From assembly GCA_036501625.1 (NCBI GenBank), contig DASXZY010000063.1, forward strand, positions 1,924 to 65,923: a stretch of DNA of 64,000 nucleotides, in the 5' to 3' direction. This stretch comes from Verrucomicrobiia bacterium. GTDB taxonomy: Bacteria; Verrucomicrobiota; Verrucomicrobiia; Limisphaerales; Palsa-1400. Under the pieces are notes generated by a model. It did no database searches. It worked only from the letters and a program-made list of their open reading frames with translations, and was not told where the DNA came from. Within the stretch, counting starts at the first letter, position 1, and each line of letters starts with the position of its first letter. The position numbers and the translations under genes were made by a program. Shown here piece after piece: positions 42,947 to 54,259 of the stretch.

Positions 42947-44992
42947 CTACAATCCCAGTTTCCGTTTGATTTCCTCGCCCAGAGGCGGCGGCGGAGGGCT
43001 GTCCAATGTAACTTTGCGCAGGTCGTTCGTCACGCCGGCGCTGGCCGTGAACGATGTTTGCTCGATGTCGCTCCACGAATGCACGCCGGAGGGAACGCGG
43101 CGCTCGATGAAAAGATCGCGCGGAGGCATGTTGCTGAAGAAGAAGCGTCCTTGCGCGTCGGTGGTAAAAGTCTGTTGAAAGTAAAAGCAAGGCTCGCCGC
43201 GGGACCATCCGTTCATGGACATCGTCACCGCCACCACTTCGCCCGGCGCGGGCGCTCCATTGTTGCGGATCAGCGTGCCGGTGATGCTGGCCCACGGTTT
43301 GAGGCGCAGTTCCAAATGATCGCCCCCTTGGCGAACGTCCTCCTCGGCCCAGCCTGCGGGATGGGAAACGAAAATCGTCCGGCCATCCGTGCGGGGCTGG
43401 AAGGAAAAATCGCCCCGCGCGCCTGTCCGTTGAAAGATGCGTCCTGTTTTATCTTCAGGGCCGTTGGGGCCGATGCCATCGGTGTCAAACTTAAATGTAT
43501 CGTGGCCGGCGGCATAGATGACGGTGGCGCCGCTGGCCGGTTCGCCATTGGGCAGCAGGACCGCGCCGTTCGGCCCCGTGCCATGCTTGAGGCGCACGAG
43601 CAGATTCCTGGTTGTGGCAGCAACCGGCTCGCTTTGATACGGCTCATATCCGTCCGCTTCGACGCGAAAGATCGGCTTGCTTGAGAGCGCGACATATTCC
43701 AGGGAGAAAAGGCCGTTGGTGACCGCGGTTTTGCCCCGGTAATTCCAGAAGGGCAATTCATTCCAGGGGACGGTTTTCGTGGCAAAGGGCTTGAGCAATT
43801 GCTGGATCACCGTCTTGGGCAGGGTGGGCGCGCGCGGCGGCTGATAGCCGGGCGTAACTTCAAAACGCGCGAGCAGTTTTCCGGTTTCATCATCCACAAC
43901 CTGGCCGTCAAGAATAATGGCAGGCAGGCCGGACACCTCCACACCCTCAAGCGGGCGGCCGCGCGGCAAGTCCTGCGGAGGGAGCTGGCCATTGCCGCTG
44001 GAATAACCGGGACTGCTGTAATCAACATCGCCACTCTCAATCTCGATCGTCAGATCGTCTTTGTCCCTTTCCAGGAGGCCTGCCAGGGCGCTAACATTCC
44101 AAATGTCACGGCTTCGATTGGCAGCGGCCAGGCGCCAATGGTTCACCTGGACCCACACGCTGAGGGACCCGGCAAAAAGGCCGTCAAACCTAAACTCCCC
44201 GTTCTTCCCGACGCCAGCCGATTGCGAATCCCATGCATCGTCATATCCCAATTGCACCGTCATTCCGCTTGGCAGCGGCCCGCCGTGGCGGGTTTTGATT
44301 TTTCCCGCCAGATGCAGAGCCGGTTTGGCATTCAAGCCGCCCAGCTCGTTGGTCGTGCCGTCCGCCCCGGTCTGGACGGTTTTGATGGCCAGCGCGGCGT
44401 GGTTGGTGAACGACGGAATGATGCCATAAAGAGACCAACTGGTGGACGCGGGCAAGTGCGCGAACTCAAATGTGCCATCGGCACCGGCAGCCGTCTCGAA
44501 ATGGCCGGCAAAGATTTCGGAACTCCGATCCTTGCCAGAGATGCCGATGCGCACCCCGGCCAGCGGCTCGCCGTCTTGCAAAACACGCCCGCGCACGGCC
44601 GCTCCCGGGTCGAGTTTGATCGTTTGCACGATATTGGTGACAGAAAGCCATTCCATGTGCGGAGCGAATCCGGGCGCGTTGATTCGCGTTTGGATTTCCG
44701 TGAAGCGCGCGTCCCGGCCGAAGATAAATTCGCCGTTGGCATCGGTCAGCACGCGGCCGGGCCAGCCCTCCTGTTCCCAGCCCCAGCCCCGGCCTTGCGC
44801 CATGCCCACCCCGTCGCGTTCCACCCAAACTTTCGGCATCGGCTGGCCGTCCGGCCCAATGACGCGGCCATGAACCGCAAATTTTGGCGCGGGATGCGGG
44901 GCGGCATCGGCAGCCTGGAGGCGAGCCTGCCCGCGGAAGAACGGCGCGAGCAAAACACATCCCCAAAGACGGCCAAGACCTGACGCGCGCAT
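42947..44992 (-). CDS. Exported protein with repeated carboxypeptidase-regulatory-like (transthyretin-fold) domains
   Basis: Repeats of GRV...DG.P...V / TDA.G.F.F; N-terminal signal-like segment. Confidence 0.78.
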   Translation of the reverse strand: MRASGLGRLWGCVLLAPFFRGQARLQAADAAPHPAPKFAVHGRVIGPDGQPMPKVWVERDGVGMAQGRGWGWEQEGWPGRVLTDANGEFIFGRDARFTEIQTRINAPGFAPHMEWLSVTNIVQTIKLDPGAAVRGRVLQDGEPLAGVRIGISGKDRSSEIFAGHFETAAGADGTFEFAHLPASTSWSLYGIIPSFTNHAALAIKTVQTGADGTTNELGGLNAKPALHLAGKIKTRHGGPLPSGMTVQLGYDDAWDSQSAGVGKNGEFRFDGLFAGSLSVWVQVNHWRLAAANRSRDIWNVSALAGLLERDKDDLTIEIESGDVDYSSPGYSSGNGQLPPQDLPRGRPLEGVEVSGLPAIILDGQVVDDETGKLLARFEVTPGYQPPRAPTLPKTVIQQLLKPFATKTVPWNELPFWNYRGKTAVTNGLFSLEYVALSSKPIFRVEADGYEPYQSEPVAATTRNLLVRLKHGTGPNGAVLLPNGEPASGATVIYAAGHDTFKFDTDGIGPNGPEDKTGRIFQRTGARGDFSFQPRTDGRTIFVSHPAGWAEEDVRQGGDHLELRLKPWASITGTLIRNNGAPAPGEVVAVTMSMNGWSRGEPCFYFQQTFTTDAQGRFFFSNMPPRDLFIERRVPSGVHSWSDIEQTSFTASAGVTNDLRKVTLDSPPPPPLGEEIKRKLGL

Positions 44993-45080
44993 AGAACGGA
45001 TGTTATACAACGCGCGGCTTTATGAAACATGATTGTTTTGCGCTTGCCTGCCGGCGCGGAGCGGAACATGTTCGCCGATG

Positions 45081-45856
45081 ATGCAGGTGCTGAATTTGAG
45101 CGGCAAATCAATCGTCGTCATTGGCGGCACTACAGGGCTGGGCTTCTCGGCGGCACAGTGTTTCGTCCGCGCCGGCGCTCGCGTGGTGGTGGTGGGGCGC
45201 GATCCCAAAAATGTGACGGCCGCGCGGAAAAGCCTTGGCCGCGCCGCCCGCGCTCTGGCATCGGACGCCACGGCCCCCGCCACAGCCATCCAAGCCATCG
45301 AATTGGCGGTCGCGGCTTTCGGGCGCTTGGACGGGCTTTATCACGTCGCTGGCGGCAGCGGACGCCCCTGGGGCGACGGCCCCTTGCACGAAATGACCGA
45401 CGACGGCTGGCATAAGACCCTCGAATGGAACCTGACTTCTGTCATGTATTCCAACCGGGCCGCCCTCTGGCAATTTTTGCGCCAAGGCGGCGGCGGCACG
45501 ATTCTCAACCTGGGCAGCGTTCTATCCGATTCTCCTTCGCCGCGATACTTTTCCACGCATGCCTACGCGGCGGCCAAAGCGGCCATCGCCGGCCTGAGCA
45601 AATCAGTCGCGGCCCGTTACGCCGGCGATGGCATCCGTTGCAATGTGATTGAGCCGGCGGTCATGGACACGCCGATGGCCAAGCGGGCCATTTCCAACAG
45701 GCAAATCATGCGCGCTGTCCGGGCCAGGCAGCCTTTGGACGGTGGCCGGGCCGGGAAGCCGTCAGACCTGGATGGCGCGGCGGCTTATTTTATGAGCGAC
45801 GCGTCCAAATTTACCACCGGCCAAGTGCTGGCGGTGGACGGAGGCTGGGGCCTGGC

Positions 45857-45860
<4 letters not shown>
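45081..45860 (+). CDS. Short-chain dehydrogenase/reductase
   Basis: GGTTGLG, YAAAK, GIRCNVI.P, TGQVLAVDGG. Confidence 0.92.
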
Positions 45861-46650
<790 letters not shown>

Positions 46651-46654
<4 letters not shown>

Positions 46655-47688
46655 AAGAACGCCCCCTCCGCACGACCGTCATCGGCAGCTACCCTTTCCC
46701 CGGCTGGCTGGAATTCGCGTGCGCCCATTTGGACCAATTCGGCGAGGCCGACCGGGCCGAGTTGCGCGACGATGCGGTCATCGCCGCCATCCACGACCAG
46801 ACGGCGGCTGGCCTGGACGTCATTACCGACGGCGAACAAACGCGGCTCGATTTCAACCTCTCGTTTTACGGCCATCTGGACGGCTTATCCCTCGAAGCGT
46901 CGCCGCCGCGCCGATTCGGGCCGCCCGCGCACGATCAGCGCGGCAAGCATCGGGTGGCCGGCCCGCTGGGCAGCGCGCGCGGCTTGGGCGTGGTTGAGGA
47001 ATTCAAACGACTCGCCTGCCTCGCGCCGGCCGGCCCCGCGCTCAAAGCCAGCGTGCCAGGCCCCTACACCTTAAGCGGGCGGCTGGAGCCGAACGAAAAT
47101 TACCCCGACCGCTTCGCCCTGGCCGAGGCGCTCATTCCAGTCGTGCGGCGCGAATTGTCCGATTTGGTGGCGGCCGGCTGCCGTGAAATTACCGTCGATG
47201 AGCCGTCGATGAGTTGTTACGCGCACCGGGAAGACCCAGCACGGCTGGTTGATATTTTCAACCGCACGGCCGCGCCCGCCATCGGCAAATGCCGGCTCTC
47301 GACGCATCTTTGTTTTGGCAATTACAAGGGGCGCGCCGTCGGCCCCCGGACGTACCGGCCGATGTTTCCGGCATTCCTCGAATTCATGGTGGATGAAATC
47401 CACGTCGAGATGGCCAGCCGCGAGTTCTCGGAATTGGAGATTGTGGGAGAAATCGCGGCGCGGCGGGACGTGGCGGTGGGTATTATTGACGTCAAAAGCT
47501 ATTACATTGAAACACCGCAAGATGTGGCGGAGCGGGTGCGGCGCTGCCTCAAATTCGCGCCCGCCGAACGGCTCTCCTTCGCGCCGGATTGCGGCCTGAG
47601 CCAGACCGCGCGATGGGCGGCGGCGCGGAAATTGAAGAATATGGTTGAGGGAGTGAAGATCGTCCGCCGCGAATTGGGACTCGCGTGA
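46651..47688 (+). CDS. Cobalamin-independent methionine synthase II family protein (single barrel)
   Basis: TTVIGSYP, GLDVITDGEQ.R, PGPYTL, VDEP, Zn ligands THLC...HVE...PDCG. Confidence 0.88.
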
Positions 47689-48536
47689 GACAGCCCCACG
47701 CCAAAGACGAGGTGTTTCTGGCCGGCGTTCGCCGCGTGCTGGAGACAGGCCGCGCGGCGATTTGGTGGCTGGGCCAGAGCGGGTTTCTCGCCGCGGACAA
47801 AGGCCGGGCGCTGGCATGCGATCCTTATCTCTCTGACTCGCTCACACGCAAGTACTCGAATACAGACAAGCCGCACGTTCGCATGACAGAACGGGTGGTG
47901 GAACCCGCGGCCCTCGGCGCGCTGGGAGTCATCGACGCCATCACCTGCACCCATCAGCACACCGATCATCTCGATGCTGAAACGCTGTTGCCTTTGCTGG
48001 CCGCCAATCCGCAAGCGCGCCTGATTCTGCCGTCCGCCATCGCGGACTTCGCGGCCGAACGCCTCGGCGCGGCGGCGGCGGGCCGGTTTGTCACGTTGGA
48101 CGACGGCCAATCCGCGGAGGCTGGCGGCGCCGTCTTCCATGGCATCGCCGCCGCGCACAACTCCGTTGAGCGCGACCCGCAGGGGCGATGCCGGTTCCTT
48201 GGCTGCATTGTGGAATGGGGCGGACGGACGTTTTACCACAGTGGCGACACGATCATGCATGGCGGCCTCGTTCCGTCGCTGCAAAAGTTTCGAATTGACG
48301 TTGCCTTTTTGCCCATCAACGGCGACCGCCCGGAGCGGGGCGTGGCCGGAAATCTCAACGGCCTGGAAGCAGCCCGCCTGGCACACGACATCGGCGCGCG
48401 CCTTGCCATTCCCTGTCACTACGATTTATTCGAGTTCAACACCGCTTCGCCGGATGAGTTCGCCGCAGAATGCCGCGCGCTGGGCCAGCCCTTCCATGTG
48501 CTCCAGAATGGCGAGTCTTATGTTTTCAACCGTTGA
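47685..48536 (+). CDS. MBL-fold metallohydrolase (UlaG-like)
   Basis: WWLGQSGF, DPYLS, THQHTDHLD, YHSGDT, LPING, IPCHYD. Confidence 0.88.
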   Translation: MRQPHAKDEVFLAGVRRVLETGRAAIWWLGQSGFLAADKGRALACDPYLSDSLTRKYSNTDKPHVRMTERVVEPAALGALGVIDAITCTHQHTDHLDAETLLPLLAANPQARLILPSAIADFAAERLGAAAAGRFVTLDDGQSAEAGGAVFHGIAAAHNSVERDPQGRCRFLGCIVEWGGRTFYHSGDTIMHGGLVPSLQKFRIDVAFLPINGDRPERGVAGNLNGLEAARLAHDIGARLAIPCHYDLFEFNTASPDEFAAECRALGQPFHVLQNGESYVFNR

Positions 48537-48539
48537 TCT

Positions 48540-49301
48540 TCACAATCCGGTCGGATGATCCAAAAACGTCCACGGCACGCCGAACGTTTTCGCGAGGTCC
48601 GCGGCCAAAGCTCTGACTCCAAAAGTCTCCGTCGCGTAATGGCCGCCGTAGAAAACATTCAATCCCAAATCCTCCGCCAGCGCGCAAGTCCAGTGCGGGC
48701 CTTCCCCCGTGATGAAGGTATCCACATTTTCCTGGGCCGCGATTTTCAGGCTGCTGCCCGCGCCGCCGGTCACGACCCCAATCCGCCCGCACCTTCCGCT
48801 GCCGCCCGGCAGCAGGTGCGGCGCGCGGCCCAGGACGGCCGCCAGCTTATCCCCCAATTCGAGCCGCGAAATGCTGGCGCGCGTTTGCCAGCCTATGGGC
48901 CGGCCTTTTTCCGTGAAAAACGGCTTGAGCTTTTTGAATCCCAAGGCCGCGCACAATTGGGCGTTGTTGCCCAAACGCGGATGGGCGTCCAGCGGCAGAT
49001 GCGAGCTGTAAACGGCTACATTATGGTTGACCAACAGCCCGATCAGTTCGCGCCGTTTCCCTGTCCAGGGCGCGGAGGGACTCCAGAATAATCCGTGATG
49101 AACGATCATCAAATCGGCCCCGGCATCAATGGCCAGCTTGACCGTGGCCAGGGAGGCATCGACGCAAGCGGCGATCCGCGCAACGTGGCCTGAGTTCTCC
49201 ACCTGCAGCCCGTTGAATGCGCCGTCCCAATCCGTAAAAGCATCGGGCTGAAGAAGTTTTTGGCAGCGGGCCACGATGTCCGCCAGTTTCGCCTTTGGCA
49301 T
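48540..49301 (-). CDS. Nif3-like dinuclear metal hexameric protein (DUF34)
   Basis: NGLQV, IVHHGLFW, HLPLD.HP..GNN, FITGE, GHYATE.FG. Confidence 0.93.
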   Translation of the reverse strand: MPKAKLADIVARCQKLLQPDAFTDWDGAFNGLQVENSGHVARIAACVDASLATVKLAIDAGADLMIVHHGLFWSPSAPWTGKRRELIGLLVNHNVAVYSSHLPLDAHPRLGNNAQLCAALGFKKLKPFFTEKGRPIGWQTRASISRLELGDKLAAVLGRAPHLLPGGSGRCGRIGVVTGGAGSSLKIAAQENVDTFITGEGPHWTCALAEDLGLNVFYGGHYATETFGVRALAADLAKTFGVPWTFLDHPTGL

Positions 49302-49390
49302 GGGAGCATCAGAGCAAAAAGCGGGCGGGCGCGCGAGCGAATTCATTCTCGTAGAATCAGGCGGGCCGTTGTAGCCTGCGATTGACGATT

Positions 49391-50743
49391 ATGGCGCAAC
49401 AACAAAAAACGGAAGTCAACCGTGTGCAGGCGCTGCTCATGGAAATGTTCGGCCTCAGCGCGGGGGTGTCCTGGCTGGCCTGCCTGGTGACGATTGTCGC
49501 AGTGCTCGCGGCTGTGTTTTGGTTTTTTCATTCCGCGCCGCCGACGACCCTCAGCATAACCAGCGGGCCTAAAGGCAGCAGCTTCGAATCCACCGCAATC
49601 AAATATCAGGCGATCCTGGCAAAGGAGGGCGTCACCTTGCAGATCATTCCGTCCGCCGGCTCGGATGAAAATCTGCGCCGGCTGCAAGACCCTTCCAGCG
49701 GCGTGGATATTGGTTTTGTGCAAGGCGGGATTACCAATGACCCCGAGAGCGCCAAGGCGAGCCGGGTCGTTTCGCTGGGCAGCATTTCCTACCAGCCGAT
49801 GATGATCTTTTATCGCGGATCGACGCTCAACGTGCTCTCGGAGCTTAAGGGCAAACGCCTGGTCATCGGCCCGCCCGGCAGCGGCGACCGTTCCCTCGCC
49901 CTAACGCTGCTGGAGACCAACGGCATTTCCAGCAACTCCGCCACCTTCGTCGATTTGGACTCCGAAGCCGCCGCGGAGGCCCTGCGCGGCGGCCGGGTCG
50001 ATGCGATTTTTCTGATGGGCGATTCCGCTTCATCGCAAGTCATGCGCTCGCTCCTGATCAGCCGGGATATTCATCTTTACGATGTCATCCAGGCCGACGC
50101 TTATATCCGCCGGTTCACTTATTTGAGCAAACTGGACCTGCCGCGAGGCTCAATCGATTTTGGCCAGGACGTTCCCGATCATGATGTGCAACTCATCGCC
50201 CCGACGGTGGAATTGCTGGCGCGGCCGAGCCTCCACCCGGCCTTGACGGACCTGCTGCTGGAGACGGCCAAGCATGTCAATGGCAAGGCCAGCCTGCTGC
50301 GGCGCCAGGACGAGTTCCCGGCCCCGATGGAGCATGGGTTTCCCATCAGCGGCGACGCGGCCCGATTCTACAAATCCGGCAAGCGATTCTTTTACCGCTA
50401 CCTGCCCTTCTGGCTGGCCAGCCTTGTCAACCGCATCGTCGTGGCTTTCGTGCCCATGATCGTTGTGCTGGTGCCGGCGTTGCGCCTGATCCCGGCGCTT
50501 TTTCGCTGGCGCATGCGCACCCGCATCTTCCACTGGTACCGCTCCCTGCTGGCGCTGGAGAAAGACGTGCAAACAACAGCCGTGAAAACCGAGCCGGAAA
50601 AATTGCTCGGACGCCTGGATGAAATCGAAATCGCCGTCAACAAGATGAAAGTGCCCGCCTCGTTCGCCGAGCAATTTTATGGACTGCGGGGGCACATCGG
50701 CTTCGTGCGCGACCGCATCCTGCACGACGGCAAAACAACATGA
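49391..50743 (+). CDS. TAXI-family solute-binding protein with flanking TM helices
   Basis: SAGSDENL..L...DIGFVQGG, LKGKRLVIGP.GSG; TM segments near residues 15-45 and in the C-terminal third. Confidence 0.8.
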   Translation: MAQQQKTEVNRVQALLMEMFGLSAGVSWLACLVTIVAVLAAVFWFFHSAPPTTLSITSGPKGSSFESTAIKYQAILAKEGVTLQIIPSAGSDENLRRLQDPSSGVDIGFVQGGITNDPESAKASRVVSLGSISYQPMMIFYRGSTLNVLSELKGKRLVIGPPGSGDRSLALTLLETNGISSNSATFVDLDSEAAAEALRGGRVDAIFLMGDSASSQVMRSLLISRDIHLYDVIQADAYIRRFTYLSKLDLPRGSIDFGQDVPDHDVQLIAPTVELLARPSLHPALTDLLLETAKHVNGKASLLRRQDEFPAPMEHGFPISGDAARFYKSGKRFFYRYLPFWLASLVNRIVVAFVPMIVVLVPALRLIPALFRWRMRTRIFHWYRSLLALEKDVQTTAVKTEPEKLLGRLDEIEIAVNKMKVPASFAEQFYGLRGHIGFVRDRILHDGKTT

Positions 50744-51417
50744 GCGACGCTCCAACTTACTCCGTGGCCTGGGCCGCAACTTTGCCCCGGCTTGAAGCGA
50801 ACTGGGACGACCCGGCCTGGCAGGCGGCGGAAACAGCCGGGTTGGCAAATTTTCGCCCGGAAGGCAGCGACCATCGCCCGGCCGCCAGTCTGAGGCTCCT
50901 TCACGACGGGCAGGCGCTGCGCGGCATCTACCTGGTTCGCGACCGTTACGTCCGCTCCATTCGAACAAATTATTTTGACGAGGTGTGGAACGACAGTTGC
51001 GTCGAAATTTTTTTGCAGCCGCGCCCAGAGTCCGGTTATTTCAACTTGGAGATGAACGCGGGCGGCGCGCATCTCTGCAACTACATCGAAGACCCTGAAC
51101 GCGTGCCGGGCGGATTCAAGAAATCCACGCGCCTGCCGCCGGAAATCGGCCTGCGGATCAAAGTGCGCTCTTCCCTGCCCAAAATCGTGGACCCGGAAAT
51201 CGCTGAGCCGGTGGAGTGGCAGTTGAATTTCTTCGCGCCGCTGGACGTGTTCGAGCATTACTGCGGCCCCCTGGGAGGATTGCGCGGCCAGCGCTGGCGC
51301 GGAAACTTTTACAAATGCGGGGACGAAGGCTCGCACCCGCACTGGGGTTCGTGGGCGCCGGTGGATGTTTTTAATTTCCATCTCCCGCGCTGTTTTGGCA
51401 CGCTTTGTTTTCTATGA
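50740..51417 (+). CDS. Carbohydrate-binding family 9-like (DOMON-like) protein
   Basis: VWNDSCVEIFL, YFNLEMN, WRGNFYKC, SWAP, FH.P..FG.L.F. Confidence 0.82.
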   Translation: MSDAPTYSVAWAATLPRLEANWDDPAWQAAETAGLANFRPEGSDHRPAASLRLLHDGQALRGIYLVRDRYVRSIRTNYFDEVWNDSCVEIFLQPRPESGYFNLEMNAGGAHLCNYIEDPERVPGGFKKSTRLPPEIGLRIKVRSSLPKIVDPEIAEPVEWQLNFFAPLDVFEHYCGPLGGLRGQRWRGNFYKCGDEGSHPHWGSWAPVDVFNFHLPRCFGTLCFL

Positions 51418-52253
51418 CACCAGGCGTGAAAATATTCTCGACAGAATTGGGCTTGCTCGCGGAAACCGGGCGGGGCTATTTCGCGCTGCCGGCTTCCTTC
51501 GGCCTTGACGATCTGTTTGCCGATGCCAATCCAGCGGCGCGCCTGGAAGCGGCCCTGGCCGGAGCGCGGGCGGTTGAAGGAGTCCCGGCGGCATTGCGCC
51601 CTCTTGTGCAATCGCAGGAAATCTGGGCGGCGGGCGTAACATATTATCGCAGCCGAACCGCGCGGATGGAGGAATCGCAGGCGGCGGGCGGAGGCAGTTT
51701 CTATGACAAGGTTTATGAGGCGGAACGACCGGAGCTTTTTTTCAAGTCATCGCCGCACCGAGTGGCCGCGCCGGGCGCCCACGTGCGCATTCGCACCGAT
51801 TCGCGCTGGAACGTGCCCGAACCGGAATTGACCCTGGCCATCAACTCCGCGGGGAAGATTTTCGGCTATACTCTCGGCAACGACATGTCTTCGCGCGATA
51901 TCGAAGGCGAGAACCCGCTCTACCTGCCGCAAGCCAAGGTTTATGACCAGTCCGCCGCGGTGGGGCCTTGCCTGGTCGTGAGCGCGCAATTACCGCCCCC
52001 GGAGGCGGTTATCGGCGTGGATGTCCGGCGGGATGGCCAGTCCGTTTTTTCGGGCGAAACCACCCTCGGCCAAATCAAGCGCCCGCTGCCGTCGCTGGCG
52101 GAATGGCTCTTTCGCGACAATTCCTTTCCGCGCGGTTGTTATCTCATGACGGGCACCGGCGTCGTGCCGCCGGATTCGTTCACGCTGCGCCGCGGCGATG
52201 AAATCCGCATCAGCCTCGCTCCCGTCGGCGTTCTCGTGAATATCGTTGCTTGA
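51414..52253 (+). CDS. Fumarylacetoacetate hydrolase family protein (2-keto-3-deoxy-pentonate dehydratase-like)
   Basis: QEIWAAGVTY.RSR.AR.EES, RPELFFK, WNVPEPEL, GNDMSSRDIEGENPLYLPQAK, MTGTG.VP. Confidence 0.9.
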   Translation: MTPGVKIFSTELGLLAETGRGYFALPASFGLDDLFADANPAARLEAALAGARAVEGVPAALRPLVQSQEIWAAGVTYYRSRTARMEESQAAGGGSFYDKVYEAERPELFFKSSPHRVAAPGAHVRIRTDSRWNVPEPELTLAINSAGKIFGYTLGNDMSSRDIEGENPLYLPQAKVYDQSAAVGPCLVVSAQLPPPEAVIGVDVRRDGQSVFSGETTLGQIKRPLPSLAEWLFRDNSFPRGCYLMTGTGVVPPDSFTLRRGDEIRISLAPVGVLVNIVA

Positions 52254-52271
52254 CAACCAACCAATTCCTCT

Positions 52272-53210
52272 ATGCGGCTTTCGATGATTGTCAATCCGTT
52301 CAATGAACGAAATCTCCAATTGGCGGCCCAGGTCGGCGTCACGGATATTGTGCTTGCGTATCCCGGGGCAGGTCTGAAGCCGCTGCTTGAGGCCAAACAG
52401 ATGACGGAAGCGGCGGGCTTGCGGCTGACACATTTGGAGCGGAAAATTCCGCATCTGAAGTTCGTTCATAATTTGCCGGGGCGCGACGCGCAGATCGAAG
52501 ATTTCAAAACGCTCATCCGCAACATGGCGGAAGCCGGGATGGAGGTGCTGTGCTACAACTGGATGCCGGACGAAGACTGGCAGCGAACCAGTTGCGAGGC
52601 GGCCGAGCGCGGCGGGGCGCGCGTGACGGAATTTAACCTCGCGCACATTGGCCGGAATGTGACCGATGCCGACGGCCGCCCGCCCACGCCGACGCCCGCG
52701 GCCAAGTTATGGGAGAACCTGGAATATTTTCTCAATCAAGTCCTCCCCGTTGCTGAAGACGCCGGCCTCCGCCTCGCGCTGCACCCCGACGATCCGCCGC
52801 TGCCTGAATTGCTGGGCCAGCCGCGCATCATCATTTCCAACGAGGCATTCCGCCGCGTCGTCGAGCTGGCGCCGAGTCCCTACAACGGCCTCTGTTATTG
52901 CGTTGGTTCGCTGCATCCGGCTGGCGTCGATGTGATTGCGGGCATCCGCTCGCTGGCCGACAAAATTTTCTTCGTTCACGCGCGCAACGTGCGCGGCCAC
53001 GCCGCCCATTTTGTCGAGACCTGGCATGACAATGGCGAGATCAACATGCCCGCAGTCATCCGCGCGCTCAAGGCCGCCGGCTACCGCGGCACGGTGCGCC
53101 CGGACCACACTCCCTCCATGGCCGGCGAATCCAACGCCACGCCCGGTTACGAAATGCTGGGACGCCTTTTCGCCGCCGGCTACCTTCGCGGATTGATGCA
53201 GGCTGTTTGA
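52272..53210 (+). CDS. uxuA: Mannonate dehydratase family protein
   Basis: CYNWMP..DW.RT, LWENL.YFL..V.PVAE, LALHPDDPP, FVHARNV, RPDH.P. Confidence 0.85.
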   Translation: MRLSMIVNPFNERNLQLAAQVGVTDIVLAYPGAGLKPLLEAKQMTEAAGLRLTHLERKIPHLKFVHNLPGRDAQIEDFKTLIRNMAEAGMEVLCYNWMPDEDWQRTSCEAAERGGARVTEFNLAHIGRNVTDADGRPPTPTPAAKLWENLEYFLNQVLPVAEDAGLRLALHPDDPPLPELLGQPRIIISNEAFRRVVELAPSPYNGLCYCVGSLHPAGVDVIAGIRSLADKIFFVHARNVRGHAAHFVETWHDNGEINMPAVIRALKAAGYRGTVRPDHTPSMAGESNATPGYEMLGRLFAAGYLRGLMQAV

Positions 53211-53217
53211 CACGGTG

Positions 53218-54171
53218 TCAGGCGCGCGGGTGGGCTTTCTGGTAGGTTTGCTTCAACCGCTCCGTGGTAATGTGCGTGTAAACTTGCGTGGTGGAAAGAT
53301 GCGCGTGGCCCAGCAATTCCTGGACGCCGCGCAAATCGGCGCCCGCATCCAAAATGTGCGTGGCGAAGCTATGGCGGAGTTTGTGCGGGGTCAGATTCGG
53401 GTCCAGGCCGGCCGCGCGCAAATATCGCTTTAATCGCAATTGCACCGTGCGCGGAGTAAGCGCCCGGAGATTTTTCGCGCCCGCCCAAAAAACAGGCTGA
53501 TCGGCGGACGGCGATTGGCCGGCATTCTTCCAATAGGCGGCGATGGCATCCATGGCGGGTTCGCCCATGGGAACCATGCGCTCTTTCTTGCCTTTGCCGC
53601 GCACGCGCGCCATTTGCTCGGGGAAATCCAAGTCGCCCGCGCGAAGCTGGCACAACTCGCTTACGCGCAGGCCGCAGGAATACGTGATTTCCAAAATCGC
53701 CGCATCCCTAAAATAAATGGCGGCGTCAAATCTCTTTCTCTTGGAAGCGGCCGTCATCTCCTCGGCGGGGGCGCGCGCGAGCGCCTCGAATTGTTTGTAG
53801 GTCAAGAAGATTGGATTGCGCTTTTCCAATTTCGGCAGCGCGAGATTCCTGGCGGGCGAGGAATCCACCACGCCTTCCCGGATGAGAAACCGGTAGAGCG
53901 AGCGCAACGCGGCGAATCGAAGCTTGATGCCCGCGCGGCTCAATTTGCCCCGCCCCAGGAAACGCAGAAAGTAACGGAAATCATCCCGCCGCAACGCCGC
54001 CCAATCCGGCGCCGCCCCCCGCTCTTTTTTCACCCAGGCGCCAAACTGCGCCAGCGCCTGCCGGTAATTGCGCTCCGTGTAAACCGAACCGCCCCGCGCG
54101 GCCAGGCTCTGCAAAAACTTGATTCCCCACGGGCCAATGACAGCCTCCAGTTTTTCTTCGCGTTCGGACAT
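53218..54171 (-). CDS. xerC: Tyrosine recombinase, XerC-type
   Basis: RDAAILEI.YSCGLRVSEL, GKGKKERMVP, TPHKLRHSFATH.LD.GADLR.VQELLGH..LSTTQVYTH, Y.KAHPRA. Confidence 0.85.
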   Translation of the reverse strand: MSEREEKLEAVIGPWGIKFLQSLAARGGSVYTERNYRQALAQFGAWVKKERGAAPDWAALRRDDFRYFLRFLGRGKLSRAGIKLRFAALRSLYRFLIREGVVDSSPARNLALPKLEKRNPIFLTYKQFEALARAPAEEMTAASKRKRFDAAIYFRDAAILEITYSCGLRVSELCQLRAGDLDFPEQMARVRGKGKKERMVPMGEPAMDAIAAYWKNAGQSPSADQPVFWAGAKNLRALTPRTVQLRLKRYLRAAGLDPNLTPHKLRHSFATHILDAGADLRGVQELLGHAHLSTTQVYTHITTERLKQTYQKAHPRA

Positions 54172-54259
54172 CCCTTGTGTTGCACAATGCGCCTGGAGGC
54201 GGAACGCGTCAAAATCAATTTGCCTTGAGCTTTGGGCATTTTCTTCGTATGTTCCGCTT

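Noticed and set aside
53218-54171. Tyrosine recombinase as a possible integrase of a mobile element
   Set aside because: It has XerC/D-type motifs and the HPRA terminus, housekeeping neighbours, and no att repeats or cargo.
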